Shown piece by piece: positions 17,292 to 26,930 of a stretch of 41,780 nucleotides of DNA. Origin of the DNA: Dyella sp. (lineage in GTDB: Bacteria > Pseudomonadota > Gammaproteobacteria > Xanthomonadales > Rhodanobacteraceae); contig JBEVMS010000281.1 in NCBI GenBank assembly GCA_040508515.1, forward strand, positions 1 to 41,780, written 5' to 3'. The position numbers were made by a program, and so were the translations under genes. Under the pieces are notes generated by a model that saw only the letters and a list, made by a program, of their open reading frames with translations, searched no databases and was not told the DNA's origin. The first letter of the stretch is position 1, and every line of letters begins with the position of its first letter.

Positions 17292-19523
17292 ATGCTACGT
17301 CTACGCACTCTCGCGATCGCAACCAGCATGGTGCTGGCGGCTTGTTCACAATCGTCCAACGACACCCCCAACGATGCCGCCAAGCCGGCATCCAGCAGCG
17401 CGCCGGCCCCTGCCATGACCGCGCCCGCCGCCGCCAGCACGACCCCCGTGGCAGCGCCGGTCGCGGACATCACCGCCAATCCGTTCTACAACGCCAGCAC
17501 GCTGCCATTTCAAGCGCCTCCTTTTGACAAGATCAAGGACAGCGACTACCAACCGGCGATCGAGGAGGGCATGAAACAGCGCCTGGCCGAGATCGAAAAG
17601 ATCGCCGACAACCCCGAGCCGGCCAGTTTCGACAACACCTTCGTGGCGATGGAAAAATCCGGCGCCATGCTGACTCGAACCATGCAGGCATTCAGCGGCG
17701 TGGCGGGTGCCAACACCAACGATAAGTTGCAAAAGGTCGAAGAGGAGGAGGCGCCCAAGCTGGCCGCGTCCGAAGACGCGATCACCATGAACAGCAAGCT
17801 GTTTGCGCGCATCCAGTCCATCTATGACCAGCGCGACGCGCTGAAGCTGGATCCCGAATCCAAGCGACTGGTTGAAGTGACCTATCAGCATTTTGTCCTG
17901 CGCGGCGCCAAATTGTCGGACGCCGATAAGGCCAAACTGAAAGACCTCAATAAGGAAGCCTCCACCTTGTCCACCCAGTTCAGCAATAAGCTGCTGGCGG
18001 CGAGCAAGGCCGGTGCGCTGGTGGTTGACGACAAGGCCAAGCTGGCCGGACTGTCCGATAGCGATATCGCCGCCGCCGCTGAAGCGGCCAAGGCGCGCGG
18101 GCTGGACGGCAAATGGGTGCTGCCGCTGTTTAACACCACCCAGCAGCCGGATCTGCAAAATCTCAGCGACCGGGCCACCCGCGAGGCGTTGTTCAATGCT
18201 TCGTGGACGCGCACCGAAAAGGGTGATGCCAACGATACCCGGCCGATTATCGAGCGCCTCGCGCAGATCCGCGCCGAGCAGGCGCAACTGTTGGGCTTCC
18301 CCAACTACGCCGCGTGGAAGCTGCAGGATCAGATGGCCAAGACGCCCGACGCAGCGTTGAAGTTCATGGAGAACCTGGTTGGACCGGCCACCGCGCGCGC
18401 CGAGCGCGAAGCCAAGGACATCCAGACCACCATCGATCAGAGCAAGGGCGGTTTCAAGCTGGCCGCCTGGGATTGGGAGACTTACGCCGAGCAGGTGCGC
18501 AAGGCCAAGTACGATCTGGACGAGTCGCAGATCAAGCCTTACTTCGAGCTCAACAATGTGCTGGAGAACGGCGTGTTCTATGCCGCCAACCAGCTGTACG
18601 GGCTGACCTTCAAGGAGCGCAAGGACATTCCGGTCTACCAGCCGGACGTCAAGGTCTACGAAGTGTTCGACAAGGACGGCAGCTCGCTGGCGTTGTTCTA
18701 TGCCGATTACTTCAAGCGCGACAACAAGAGCGGCGGCGCTTGGATGAGCAACTTCGTCGATCAGTCCAAGCTGTTGGGCACCAAGCCGGTGATCTACAAC
18801 GTCGCCAATTTCACCAAGCCTGCTCCAGGCCAGCCCGCGCTGCTGTCGTTCGACGACGTGATTACCATGTTCCACGAGTTTGGCCATGGCTTGCATGGCT
18901 TGTTCGCCGACAGCGAATTCCCGACGCTGTCCGGGACAGCCACTCCGCGTGACTTCGTTGAATTTCCCTCGCAGTTCAACGAACACTGGGCGAGTGATCC
19001 CAAGGTATTCGCCAACTACGCCAAGAACTACCAGACTGGCGCGCCGATGCCGCAGGAACTGGTCGACAAGCTCAAAAAGGCCCGGCATTTCAACAAGGGC
19101 TACGACATGACGGAGCTGGTCGCTGCCGCGATGCTGGACATGAACTGGCACACCTTGGGCGCCGATGCGTCCAAACAGGACGCGGACGCGTTTGAAGCGG
19201 CCGCCTTGAAGAAGGACAAGATTGATCTGTCCTACGTACCGCCGCGCTACCGTTCCAGCTATTTTCAGCACATCTGGGGCGGTGGCTATGCGGCCGGCTA
19301 CTATGCCTACCTGTGGACGCAGATGCTGGCCGATGACGCCTTCGTCGGCTTCCAGCAGCGTGGCGGGCTGACGCGCGCCAATGGCGATCGCTTCCGCGCG
19401 ATGATCCTCTCGCGCGGCAATACCGAGGACTTGGGCAAGATGTACAAGGATTGGCGCGGCAAGGATCCGAGCATCGAGCCGATGCTGATCAACCGCGGCT
19501 TGAAGGATGCGCCGGGGCAGTAA
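17292..19523 (+). CDS. dcp: M3-family peptidyl-dipeptidase Dcp, lipoprotein form
   Basis: HEFGHGLHG zinc motif and overall M3 length. The N-terminus MLRLRTLAIATSMVLAACS carries a lipobox, followed by a short Ala/Pro-rich linker. Confidence 0.92.
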   Translation: MLRLRTLAIATSMVLAACSQSSNDTPNDAAKPASSSAPAPAMTAPAAASTTPVAAPVADITANPFYNASTLPFQAPPFDKIKDSDYQPAIEEGMKQRLAEIEKIADNPEPASFDNTFVAMEKSGAMLTRTMQAFSGVAGANTNDKLQKVEEEEAPKLAASEDAITMNSKLFARIQSIYDQRDALKLDPESKRLVEVTYQHFVLRGAKLSDADKAKLKDLNKEASTLSTQFSNKLLAASKAGALVVDDKAKLAGLSDSDIAAAAEAAKARGLDGKWVLPLFNTTQQPDLQNLSDRATREALFNASWTRTEKGDANDTRPIIERLAQIRAEQAQLLGFPNYAAWKLQDQMAKTPDAALKFMENLVGPATARAEREAKDIQTTIDQSKGGFKLAAWDWETYAEQVRKAKYDLDESQIKPYFELNNVLENGVFYAANQLYGLTFKERKDIPVYQPDVKVYEVFDKDGSSLALFYADYFKRDNKSGGAWMSNFVDQSKLLGTKPVIYNVANFTKPAPGQPALLSFDDVITMFHEFGHGLHGLFADSEFPTLSGTATPRDFVEFPSQFNEHWASDPKVFANYAKNYQTGAPMPQELVDKLKKARHFNKGYDMTELVAAAMLDMNWHTLGADASKQDADAFEAAALKKDKIDLSYVPPRYRSSYFQHIWGGGYAAGYYAYLWTQMLADDAFVGFQQRGGLTRANGDRFRAMILSRGNTEDLGKMYKDWRGKDPSIEPMLINRGLKDAPGQ

Positions 19524-19548
19524 GCGCGCGGTCGTCAGTGTCACCCAA

Positions 19549-19575
19549 GGGCCGGCAGTGATGCCGGCCCTTTTT
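19549..19575 (+). terminator. Rho-independent terminator of dcp
   Basis: GGGCCGGCA-GTGA-TGCCGGCCC followed by TTTTT, 26 nt after the stop. Confidence 0.8.
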
Positions 19576-19871
19576 GTTGCCCCGGAGTTCTGCGTAACCG
19601 TAGCCGTCTAGACGTATATATCAGCGCGCTCCCTGGCGTGTCTGCGCTTGGGGCCGTGGGCCGGCTATGCAGTAGGTGGCACCCTTGCCGCCGCCGGTCA
19701 CCGCTGACGCCTCTGATGGCGGCACAAGCTAAGTCGCTGGGCGAAGCGCAGGCCGCCAACGCCGAAAACGAGGATCTCGGGTTGGCTTACTGCGGCCAGT
19801 ACGAGTGCTTTCACGATTCGCGTCGGGCACGTACGCAGTGCGGAAAGTCATGCTCCAGCGCGAGGTATGAC

Positions 19872-21239
19872 TCAGTAGGCGAATTCGCGGAACACCGGGT
19901 CGATGCTGCCGTTCCAGGCGCCGTGGAAAAGCTCCAGCTTGCGTTCGGCCGGGGTCTGGTTGGCGGCGACGATTTCCAGCAGCGGCTCCAGATAAATGCT
20001 TTCGTCGGCGCCGTGCGCATTGTGGCGGGCGCGGCGACGCAAGCCGTGCGCGGCGATCTTCAGCGTTTCGGCGGCCAGTTCGCGCACGCTGTGACCGCGG
20101 AAGGGCAACTTCAGTGCCTGCTTGGGCACGCCATCACGCAGCGCGTGGCGCTCTTCGCGCGAGAAGTCCTTGACCAGATCCCAGGCGGCGTCCAGCGCTT
20201 CATCGTCGTACAGCAGACCAACCCACAGCGCCGGCAACGCGCACAGCCGACCCCATGGTCCACCGTCGGCGCCGCGCATTTCCAGGTACTGCTTCAGGCG
20301 CACTTCGGGGAAGGCGGTGGTCAGGTGATCGGCGAAGTCGCGCATGCTCGGATGCTCGCCCGGCAGCGCGGCCAGCTTGCCGGCCATGAAGGCTTTGAAA
20401 TCCTGCCCGGACAGGTCGAGGTAGCGGTCATCCCGATAGCTGAAGTACATCGGCACGTCGAGGATGTAATCGACATAGCGCTCGTAGCCGAAGCCGTCGG
20501 CGAACACGAAGTCGAGCATGCCGGTGCGATCGGCGTCGGTGTCGGTCCACACTTGCGAGCGAAAAGACTGATAGCCGTTTGGACGGCCTTCGGTAAACGG
20601 CGAATCGGCGAACAGTGCGGTGGCGATCGGTTGCAGCGCCAGGCTGGCGCGGAACTTCTTGATCATGTCCGCTTCACTGGAAAAATCCAGGTTGACCTGC
20701 ACCGTGCAGGTGCGGGTCATCATGTCCAGGCCCAGCGAACCGACCTTGGGCATGTATTCGCGCATGATCTTGTAGCGGCCCTTGGGCATCCAGGGCATTT
20801 CCTCGCGCTTCCACTTGGGTTGGAAACCCATGCCGAGAAAGCCCATACCCAGGTCATCGGCGATCGAGCGCACTTCGGCCAGATGACCGTTCACTTCGCT
20901 GCACGTGTCGTGGATGGTTTCCAGGGGTGCGCCGGAAAGTTCCAGTTGGCCGGCCGGTTCCAGCGTGATATTGGCCTTGCCGCGGGTCAGCGCCACCGGC
21001 GTCTCGCCTTCGCGGGCAATGTCCCAGCCGTAGCGTTCGGCCAGCCGTTCCAGCAGCACGCGGATGCCGCGCTCACCCTCGAAGCTGGGCGCGCGCAGGC
21101 TATCGGTGAGGAAACCGAATTTTTCGTGCTCGGTGCCGATAAGCCACGCCTCGCGCGGCTTCTCGCCGGCGGCGAGGTAGTCGATCAGTTGCTGGCGGTT
21201 CGTGATCGGCGTGCTCTTGACGACGCTGGGTATGGACAC
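19872..21239 (-). CDS. gshA: Glutamate--cysteine ligase, plant/alphaproteobacterial type (GCS2 family)
   Basis: 455 aa. The N-terminus ...AGEKPREAWLIGTEHEKFGF and overall similarity to plant-type gamma-ECS were recognised by eye. Confidence 0.88.
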   Translation of the reverse strand: MSIPSVVKSTPITNRQQLIDYLAAGEKPREAWLIGTEHEKFGFLTDSLRAPSFEGERGIRVLLERLAERYGWDIAREGETPVALTRGKANITLEPAGQLELSGAPLETIHDTCSEVNGHLAEVRSIADDLGMGFLGMGFQPKWKREEMPWMPKGRYKIMREYMPKVGSLGLDMMTRTCTVQVNLDFSSEADMIKKFRASLALQPIATALFADSPFTEGRPNGYQSFRSQVWTDTDADRTGMLDFVFADGFGYERYVDYILDVPMYFSYRDDRYLDLSGQDFKAFMAGKLAALPGEHPSMRDFADHLTTAFPEVRLKQYLEMRGADGGPWGRLCALPALWVGLLYDDEALDAAWDLVKDFSREERHALRDGVPKQALKLPFRGHSVRELAAETLKIAAHGLRRRARHNAHGADESIYLEPLLEIVAANQTPAERKLELFHGAWNGSIDPVFREFAY

Positions 21240-21440
21240 GGGGCTGACCTTGCTGGAAGAGCGATGACTATGGGGACGGCCCGCCGCTTACGAAAGGGCC
21301 ATCGGATGGATAATTGTACGTGAGAGTTCACGAGAAGATCGCCTGCCCGCAACTGCCGCAGCAAACAGAAAATCCTGCACGCAGACGCTTGGAAAATTGC
21401 GTCAGCGCTGAGTAGGGACGGCCGGACTCCACGCATGCGA

Positions 21441-21464
21441 AAAGCCGGCTTGCGCCGGCCTTTC
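21441..21464 (-). terminator. Rho-independent terminator downstream of rho
   Basis: On the minus strand: AAAGGCCGGC-GCAA-GCCGGC-TTTTCGC, 30 nt after the rho stop. Confidence 0.65.
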
Positions 21465-21493
21465 ATAGCGACAGATGGCGTTATGCGATCTGG

Positions 21494-23413
21494 CTAGCGT
21501 TTCATCGAGTTGAAGAACTCGTCGTTGGCCTTGGTGTTCTTCATCTTGTCGAGCATGAACTCCATCGCCGCCAGCTCGTCCATCGGATGCAGCAGCTTGC
21601 GCAGGATCCAGATCTTTGCCAGCAGGTCCGGTTCGATCAGCAGATCTTCGCGGCGGGTGCCCGAGCGGTTGATGTCGATCGCCGGGTACACGCGCTTCTC
21701 GGAAATGCGCCGGGACAGGTGCACTTCCATGTTGCCGGTACCCTTGAATTCCTCGTAGATCACCTCGTCCATCTTGCTGCCGGTATCGGTCAGCGCGGTG
21801 GCGATGATGGTCAGCGAGCCGCCTTCCTCGACGTTGCGCGCGGCGCCGAAGAAACGCTTGGGCCGTTGCAGTGCGTTGGCGTCGACACCGCCGGTGAGCA
21901 CCTTGCCGGAGCTGGGCACCACGGTGTTGTAGGCGCGCGCCAGGCGGGTGATCGAGTCGAGCAGGATCACCACGTCCTTCTTGTGCTCGACCAGGCGCTT
22001 GGCGCGCTCGATCACCATCTCGGCCACCTGCACGTGGCGCACCGCCGGTTCGTCGAAGGTGGAGGAGATCACTTCGGCGCGCACGGTACGGGCGATTTCG
22101 GTGACTTCCTCGGGCCGCTCGTCGATCAGCAGCATGATCAGGTGCGCGTCGGGATGGTTGTACTGGATCGCCTGGGCGATGTTCTGCAGCATCATCGTCT
22201 TGCCGGACTTCGGCTGCGAGACGATCAAGCCACGCTGGCCACGCCCGATCGGCGCGATCAGGTCCAAAATGCGCCCGGTGATGTCCTCGCTGGAACCGTT
22301 GCCGCGCTCAAGCTTGAACGCCTTGCGCGGAAACAGCGGGGTGAGGTTCTCGAACAGCAGCTTGTTCTTGGACGCTTCCGGCGGATCGCCGTTGATGTCG
22401 TCGACCTTGAGCAGGGCGAAGTAGCGCTCGCCTTCCTTGGGATGACGCACACGCCCGGTGATGTAGTCGCCGGTGCGCAGGTTGAAGCGGCGAATCTGGC
22501 TGGGCGAGACATAGATGTCGTCGGGACCGGCCAGGTAGGATTCGTCGGCCGAACGCAGGAAGCCGAAACCGTCCTGCAAAATTTCCAGCACGCCCTCGGC
22601 CCAGATGCCGCCGCCAGAACGCGCATGCGCCTTCAAGATGTTGAACACCACATCTTGCTTGCGCGCCCGCGCCACGCCTTCCTGGATGCCCAGCGATTCG
22701 GCCAGCTCCAGCAATTGGATCGAATTCTTGCGCTTGAGCTCGGTCAGGTTGATCAGGCGATCGTTGCTGCCGGCGTCGGCGTACTCGTCGTCCACCGGCA
22801 AGCCGTTGTTGTTGCGCGGATGGTTGCCCTGTCCGCCGCCTTGCCCCTGCCCTTGTTGACCCTGTGGGCGTGGGCCGCGCTCGTTACGCCGCCGCCGGCC
22901 GCGGTCGTTGCGGTCGTTGTTGCGCTGCTCGTTGCGGCCGTTATTGGCTTGGCCACCACCGCCCTGGCTCTGGCCGCCCTGGCTCTGGCCGCCCTGGCCC
23001 TGGCCCTGGTTGCCGGGGTTGCCGCCGGGAGCGACGGAATGTGCACCCGGCTGGGTGGGCGCATTGCCGGGTGCGGATGCGGCGGGGACGGAGGGCGTCG
23101 CCTGGTTGCCATTGGCGCCGCCCTGATGCGCGGGCATCAGTGGCTGGCTGTTGCCGGGTTGAACCGGCTCGCGCGCTTCGCTGGGCATCCGCGGCGGGGG
23201 CGCTTCGTTATGCATGGGTGGTGCGCTCGGCGGGTCCACTGGCAGGCGCGCCTGGATCGGCGCAGGCGCCGGAGCGCTTGCCGTCAGCTCGCCGGAAGCG
23301 GGCCGCTCGACCTTGGGCGCCGTCTTGCGCGGAGCGCGCGGACGCGGTTCGGACGCAGGCTTGGCTTCGGCGCCCTTGGCGTCGTTCGGTGTTTGGCTTT
23401 CGATATCGGACAC
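21494..23413 (-). CDS. rho: Transcription termination factor Rho with a 220-aa low-complexity N-terminal extension
   Basis: The C-terminal 419 aa are collinear with E. coli Rho from INLTELKRK onward (Rho_N, CSD-like RNA-binding domain, Walker A PKSGKT, and so on). The ORF stays open about 660 nt further upstream. GTG 23413 lies 7 nt after GAGG; the listed TTG 23419 is an alternative. Confidence 0.93.
   Translation of the reverse strand: MSDIESQTPNDAKGAEAKPASEPRPRAPRKTAPKVERPASGELTASAPAPAPIQARLPVDPPSAPPMHNEAPPPRMPSEAREPVQPGNSQPLMPAHQGGANGNQATPSVPAASAPGNAPTQPGAHSVAPGGNPGNQGQGQGGQSQGGQSQGGGGQANNGRNEQRNNDRNDRGRRRRNERGPRPQGQQGQGQGGGQGNHPRNNNGLPVDDEYADAGSNDRLINLTELKRKNSIQLLELAESLGIQEGVARARKQDVVFNILKAHARSGGGIWAEGVLEILQDGFGFLRSADESYLAGPDDIYVSPSQIRRFNLRTGDYITGRVRHPKEGERYFALLKVDDINGDPPEASKNKLLFENLTPLFPRKAFKLERGNGSSEDITGRILDLIAPIGRGQRGLIVSQPKSGKTMMLQNIAQAIQYNHPDAHLIMLLIDERPEEVTEIARTVRAEVISSTFDEPAVRHVQVAEMVIERAKRLVEHKKDVVILLDSITRLARAYNTVVPSSGKVLTGGVDANALQRPKRFFGAARNVEEGGSLTIIATALTDTGSKMDEVIYEEFKGTGNMEVHLSRRISEKRVYPAIDINRSGTRREDLLIEPDLLAKIWILRKLLHPMDELAAMEFMLDKMKNTKANDEFFNSMKR
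22961..23005. repeat. Three tandem copies of a 15-nt unit (GCCCTGGCTCTGGCC; the third copy has 1 mismatch) inside the rho N-terminal extension
   Basis: Read directly. It encodes GQSQG/GQGQG repeats on the minus strand. Confidence 0.9.
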
Positions 23414-23515
23414 GGGCAAACCTCACGGGGCGCCGTTGAAAAACAGGAGGGAGGATGAGAGTGCGCGCTTGGCGCGGGGGACGGATCGTCCCAAGTAACG
23501 AGTGGAATCTAACAC

Positions 23516-23544
23516 CCGCCGCGCGGCGCCGTAAAGCGCGGCGG
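23516..23544 (-). terminator. 9-bp stem hairpin (CCGCCGCGC-N11-GCGCGGCGG) in the trxA-rho spacer; a trxA terminator or rho leader structure
   Basis: Inverted repeat read directly, 38 nt downstream of the trxA stop. A weak U-rich tail (GUGUUAGAUU) follows on the minus strand. Confidence 0.4.
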
Positions 23545-23581
23545 CAGGGTTTCGTGCAACCGATTCAGCCAAGCGGAGCGC

Positions 23582-23908
23582 TTACAGTGCCTTGTCGATC
23601 ATCTGCGCCAGTTGGCCCTTGCTGACCGCGCCGATCTGAGTGGCCTCGACTTTGCCGTTCTTGAACACCATCAAAGTTGGGATGCCGCGCACGCCGTAAT
23701 CGCGCGGCGTCTTCTGGTTGTGGTCGATATTGAGCTTGACGATGCGCAGCTTGCCTTCGTATTGCTTGGCGAGCTCTTCCAGCGCCGGCGCGATGGCCTT
23801 GCACGGGCCGCACCATTCGGCCCAGAAATCGAGCAGGACAGGGGTATCGGATTTGAGCACTTCGGCATCGAAGGCCTCGTCGCTCACATGATGGATCAGC
23901 TCGCTCAC
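23582..23908 (-). CDS. trxA: Thioredoxin 1
   Basis: WAEWCGPCK active site. From GTG 23908 (preceded by GGAGA at 8 nt) the 108-aa product aligns end to end with E. coli TrxA. The ATG at 23923 adds 5 residues. Confidence 0.93.
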   Translation of the reverse strand: MSELIHHVSDEAFDAEVLKSDTPVLLDFWAEWCGPCKAIAPALEELAKQYEGKLRIVKLNIDHNQKTPRDYGVRGIPTLMVFKNGKVEATQIGAVSKGQLAQMIDKAL

Positions 23909-24378
23909 CGGAATTCTCCGCATTGGCGTGGATTTAAGGGGGTGGAGGACCGCGCGGCCAGCATCAGCTACACTCAGGCGCCCATGTTGCGCGGGTCGGA
24001 CCGGAAAAGAAGGGTTGCCATTGCGGCGTGCTCTTCATTCCAGCGTAATTCGGGGCGCGATTCAAGCGATTCAAGTCCGATGATCCAAGGGCGCCGGCAG
24101 ACGGTTCCGTTGACATAGGTGAGCTGGCTCCCTACTGGATGCCCGGCTGCCGCCGGAAAGGCCGCAGAGCCCTTTCACCTATGCCAGCGGGACTGTCTGA
24201 GGTCGCGCTCTCCATTCGGCACCTGCCGGTGGGCCTGCGCTCGGTGTTTGGGACCTTCCCCACGCCCGCGGCCCGCGCGGCGTGCCGCCATTCAACCGTC
24301 CCCGGCCCGCAGGGCGTCTAGGGGCCGGCGCCACGCCTTGGCAAGCGGCATGGCGCTCGATCTGGTCACCTTACCCAC

Positions 24379-26127
24379 ATGTCACAAACCGTACTCACTG
24401 ACGTTATCTACGAAAATCTGGACCTCCATCCGTTACTGCAGCAAGGTCTGGCCGAAGCCGGTTTCAGCCGCTGCACCCCGATCCAGGCGCTGACGCTGCC
24501 GATGGCATTGACCGGTCGCGACGTCGCCGGCCAGGCACAGACCGGCACCGGCAAGACCTGCGCGTTTCTGGTCGCGCTGATGAATCGCCTGCTGACCCAG
24601 CCGGCCGCCGCCAGCCGTAAAGATGCTGATCCGCGCGCGCTGGTGATCGCGCCGACCCGCGAGTTGGCGATCCAGATCGACAAGGACGCCCAGGCGATCG
24701 GCAAGCACACCGGCTTGAAGACCGCGCTGATCTACGGCGGCGTCGACTACGACAAGCAGCGCCAACAGCTCAAGGACGGCTGCGACATCATCATCGCCAC
24801 CCCCGGCCGCCTGCTGGATTACTACAAGCAGAACGTGTTCGGCCTGGACAGCGTCGAAGTGATGGTGATCGACGAAGCCGATCGCATGTTCGACCTGGGC
24901 TTCATCAAGGACGTGCGCTTCATCTTCCGCCGGCTGCCGTCGCCCGAGGCGCGTCAGGTGCTGCTGTTCTCGGCCACGCTCAGCCACCGCGTGCTGGAGC
25001 TGGCCTACGAGCACATGCACAACGCTGAAAAGTTGGTGGTGGAGAGTGAGAACGTCACCGCCGACCGCGTGCGCCAGCTGGTCTACTTCCCCTCCAAGGA
25101 AGAAAAGATGCCGCTGCTGCTGAATCTGCTCGATCGCACCGAGCTCAGCCGCAGCATCATCTTCGTCAACACCAAGGCCGCCGCCGAGCGCATCACCGAG
25201 CGGGTCAAGCGGCACGGCTACCGGGTCGGCGCGTTGTCCGGCGACGTGCCGCAGTTGAAGCGCCAGAAGCTGTTGCAGCGCTTCCAGGACGGTCAACTGG
25301 ACATGCTGGTGTGCACCGACGTGGCCGCGCGCGGCCTGCACATTCCGGCGGTCAGCCACGTGTTCAACTACGACCTGCCGCAGGACGCCGAGGATTACGT
25401 GCACCGCATCGGCCGCACCGCGCGGCTAGGCGCCGAGGGTGACGCGATCAGCTTCGCCTGCGACCTGTACGCGATGAGCCTGCCGGACATCGAAAGCTAT
25501 ATCGGACAAAGCATTCCGGTTGGCAAGATCGAGCCGCAGTGGCTGATCATGCCCAAGCCCAAGCTGGTCGAGGGCGGCGCTTTCGAGGCCGAAGACGAGG
25601 CCGAGGAGGCCGCGATGGCCGCCGGCAGCACGGCGATCGTCAAGGAGTCGCGTGCTCGCCCGGGCAGCACTCGCAGCGGTGGTGGTAATGGGCGCGGCGA
25701 AGGTCGGGCGAGCGGCGGCGAGCGTGGGGCGCGTCCGCCGCGCAGTCCGCGTCCGCCGCGTGAGACTGAGGCAGCCACCCCGGTCGCGTCGGTAGAAGTG
25801 CCGGTCAGGGTGGTGGCGGCGAGTGCCGCGGCGGCCGAGGATGCCACCGCGGTACTGGACGGCGCCGCGAAGAAACGCCGCCGTCGCGGCGGACGTGGTC
25901 GTCGTCGTGAGGGTGCGCCGGATGCCGCACTCAACCCGGCCAGCCAGGGCAATGGCAACGGGTCGGCGCAAACTGCCGCCGCGCCGTCGCGTGAGGCGAC
26001 CCATGGCCAGCCGCAGCGTCCTTCGCGTCAGGTCGAAGTGAAGTCCGGTCGCGCCGCTGAGTCCCCGGTCGCACCGCCCAAGCTGGGCTTCTTCCGTCGC
26101 CTCGGCCGGCTGTTCACCGGCCGGTGA
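24379..26127 (+). CDS. rhlB: DEAD-box ATP-dependent RNA helicase RhlB with a long Arg-rich C-terminal extension
   Basis: Motifs [12 protein letters not shown] (VIDEADRMF), SAT and HRIGRTAR. Divergent from trxA, as in E. coli. Confidence 0.9.
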   Translation: MSQTVLTDVIYENLDLHPLLQQGLAEAGFSRCTPIQALTLPMALTGRDVAGQAQTGTGKTCAFLVALMNRLLTQPAAASRKDADPRALVIAPTRELAIQIDKDAQAIGKHTGLKTALIYGGVDYDKQRQQLKDGCDIIIATPGRLLDYYKQNVFGLDSVEVMVIDEADRMFDLGFIKDVRFIFRRLPSPEARQVLLFSATLSHRVLELAYEHMHNAEKLVVESENVTADRVRQLVYFPSKEEKMPLLLNLLDRTELSRSIIFVNTKAAAERITERVKRHGYRVGALSGDVPQLKRQKLLQRFQDGQLDMLVCTDVAARGLHIPAVSHVFNYDLPQDAEDYVHRIGRTARLGAEGDAISFACDLYAMSLPDIESYIGQSIPVGKIEPQWLIMPKPKLVEGGAFEAEDEAEEAAMAAGSTAIVKESRARPGSTRSGGGNGRGEGRASGGERGARPPRSPRPPRETEAATPVASVEVPVRVVAASAAAAEDATAVLDGAAKKRRRRGGRGRRREGAPDAALNPASQGNGNGSAQTAAAPSREATHGQPQRPSRQVEVKSGRAAESPVAPPKLGFFRRLGRLFTGR

Positions 26128-26252
26128 GGGCGGCCCAACCCGCCGTCGCCTGAACTGGCGATGGCGGGTGTTCGACGCCGGCCTGCTGCGCGGCGCCGCG
26201 CTTCCCTTATGCTTAGCCGAGCATTCAGGGCATCTGCGCCGCGGGGACAACG

Positions 26253-26930
26253 GTGATCCGCTTCGATCAAGTCAGCAAACGCTACGAAGGCGGCCATGAG
26301 GCGCTTTCGCAACTTTCCTTCGAGGTCGCCTCCGGCGAGATGGCCTTCGTCACCGGCCACTCCGGCGCGGGCAAGAGCACCTTGCTCAAGCTGCTGGCCT
26401 TGCTGGAGCGGCCTTCGCACGGGGTGATCACACTGGACGGGCAAAGCCTGGCCAAGCTGCGTCACGCCCAGGTGCCCAAGCTGCGCCGACGCCTGGGCAT
26501 GGTGTTCCAGGATCACCGCCTGCTGATGGACCGCAGCGTCTACGCCAATGTCGAGCTGCCGCTGGTGATCGGCGGCATCGCGCCGGCCGAGCGCGCCAAG
26601 CGCGTGCGCGCGGCGCTGGAAAAGGTCGGCTTGCTGTCCTACGAGCGCCAGTTGCCGGTCACCCTGTCGACCGGCGAGCAGCAGCGGGTGGGCATCGCCC
26701 GCGCGATCGTGGCGCGCCCGGCGGTGCTGATCGCCGACGAACCGACCGGCAACCTCGACCCCCAACTGGCGACCGAGATCATGGCCTTGTTCATCGAATT
26801 TCAGCAGACCGGCACCACCGTGCTGATCGCCAGCCATGATTTGCCGCTGCTCAAGCGCATGCGCCGGCGGGTGATCGTGCTTGATCACGGCCGTCTGGTC
26901 GCCGATGTGCAGCCGGAGGAAATTCTGTGA
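26253..26930 (+). CDS. ftsE: Cell-division ABC transporter ATP-binding protein FtsE
   Basis: (M)IRFDQVSKRY N-terminus (GTG start), Walker A GHSGAGKST, signature LSTGEQQR, Walker B LIADEPTG. Confidence 0.93.
   Translation: MIRFDQVSKRYEGGHEALSQLSFEVASGEMAFVTGHSGAGKSTLLKLLALLERPSHGVITLDGQSLAKLRHAQVPKLRRRLGMVFQDHRLLMDRSVYANVELPLVIGGIAPAERAKRVRAALEKVGLLSYERQLPVTLSTGEQQRVGIARAIVARPAVLIADEPTGNLDPQLATEIMALFIEFQQTGTTVLIASHDLPLLKRMRRRVIVLDHGRLVADVQPEEIL

Noticed and set aside
19576-19871. The 296-bp convergent dcp/gshA spacer. One frame reads ...AANAENEDLGLAY, reminiscent of a tmRNA tag, and there is an AT-rich GTCTAGAC/TATATA palindrome at about 19606-19621.
   Set aside because: There is no tRNA-like acceptor or T-arm sequence and no ...TCCACCA 3' end. 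The frame has no nearby stop and runs into the gshA antisense shadow ORF. The palindromes are short and are probably just terminator or spacer sequence.
24111-24145. TTGACA at 24111 as a sigma70 promoter for rhlB.
   Set aside because: The best -10 at 17-nt spacing is TACTGG, a poor match. It is mentioned only as a hint in the finding and is not reported as a feature.
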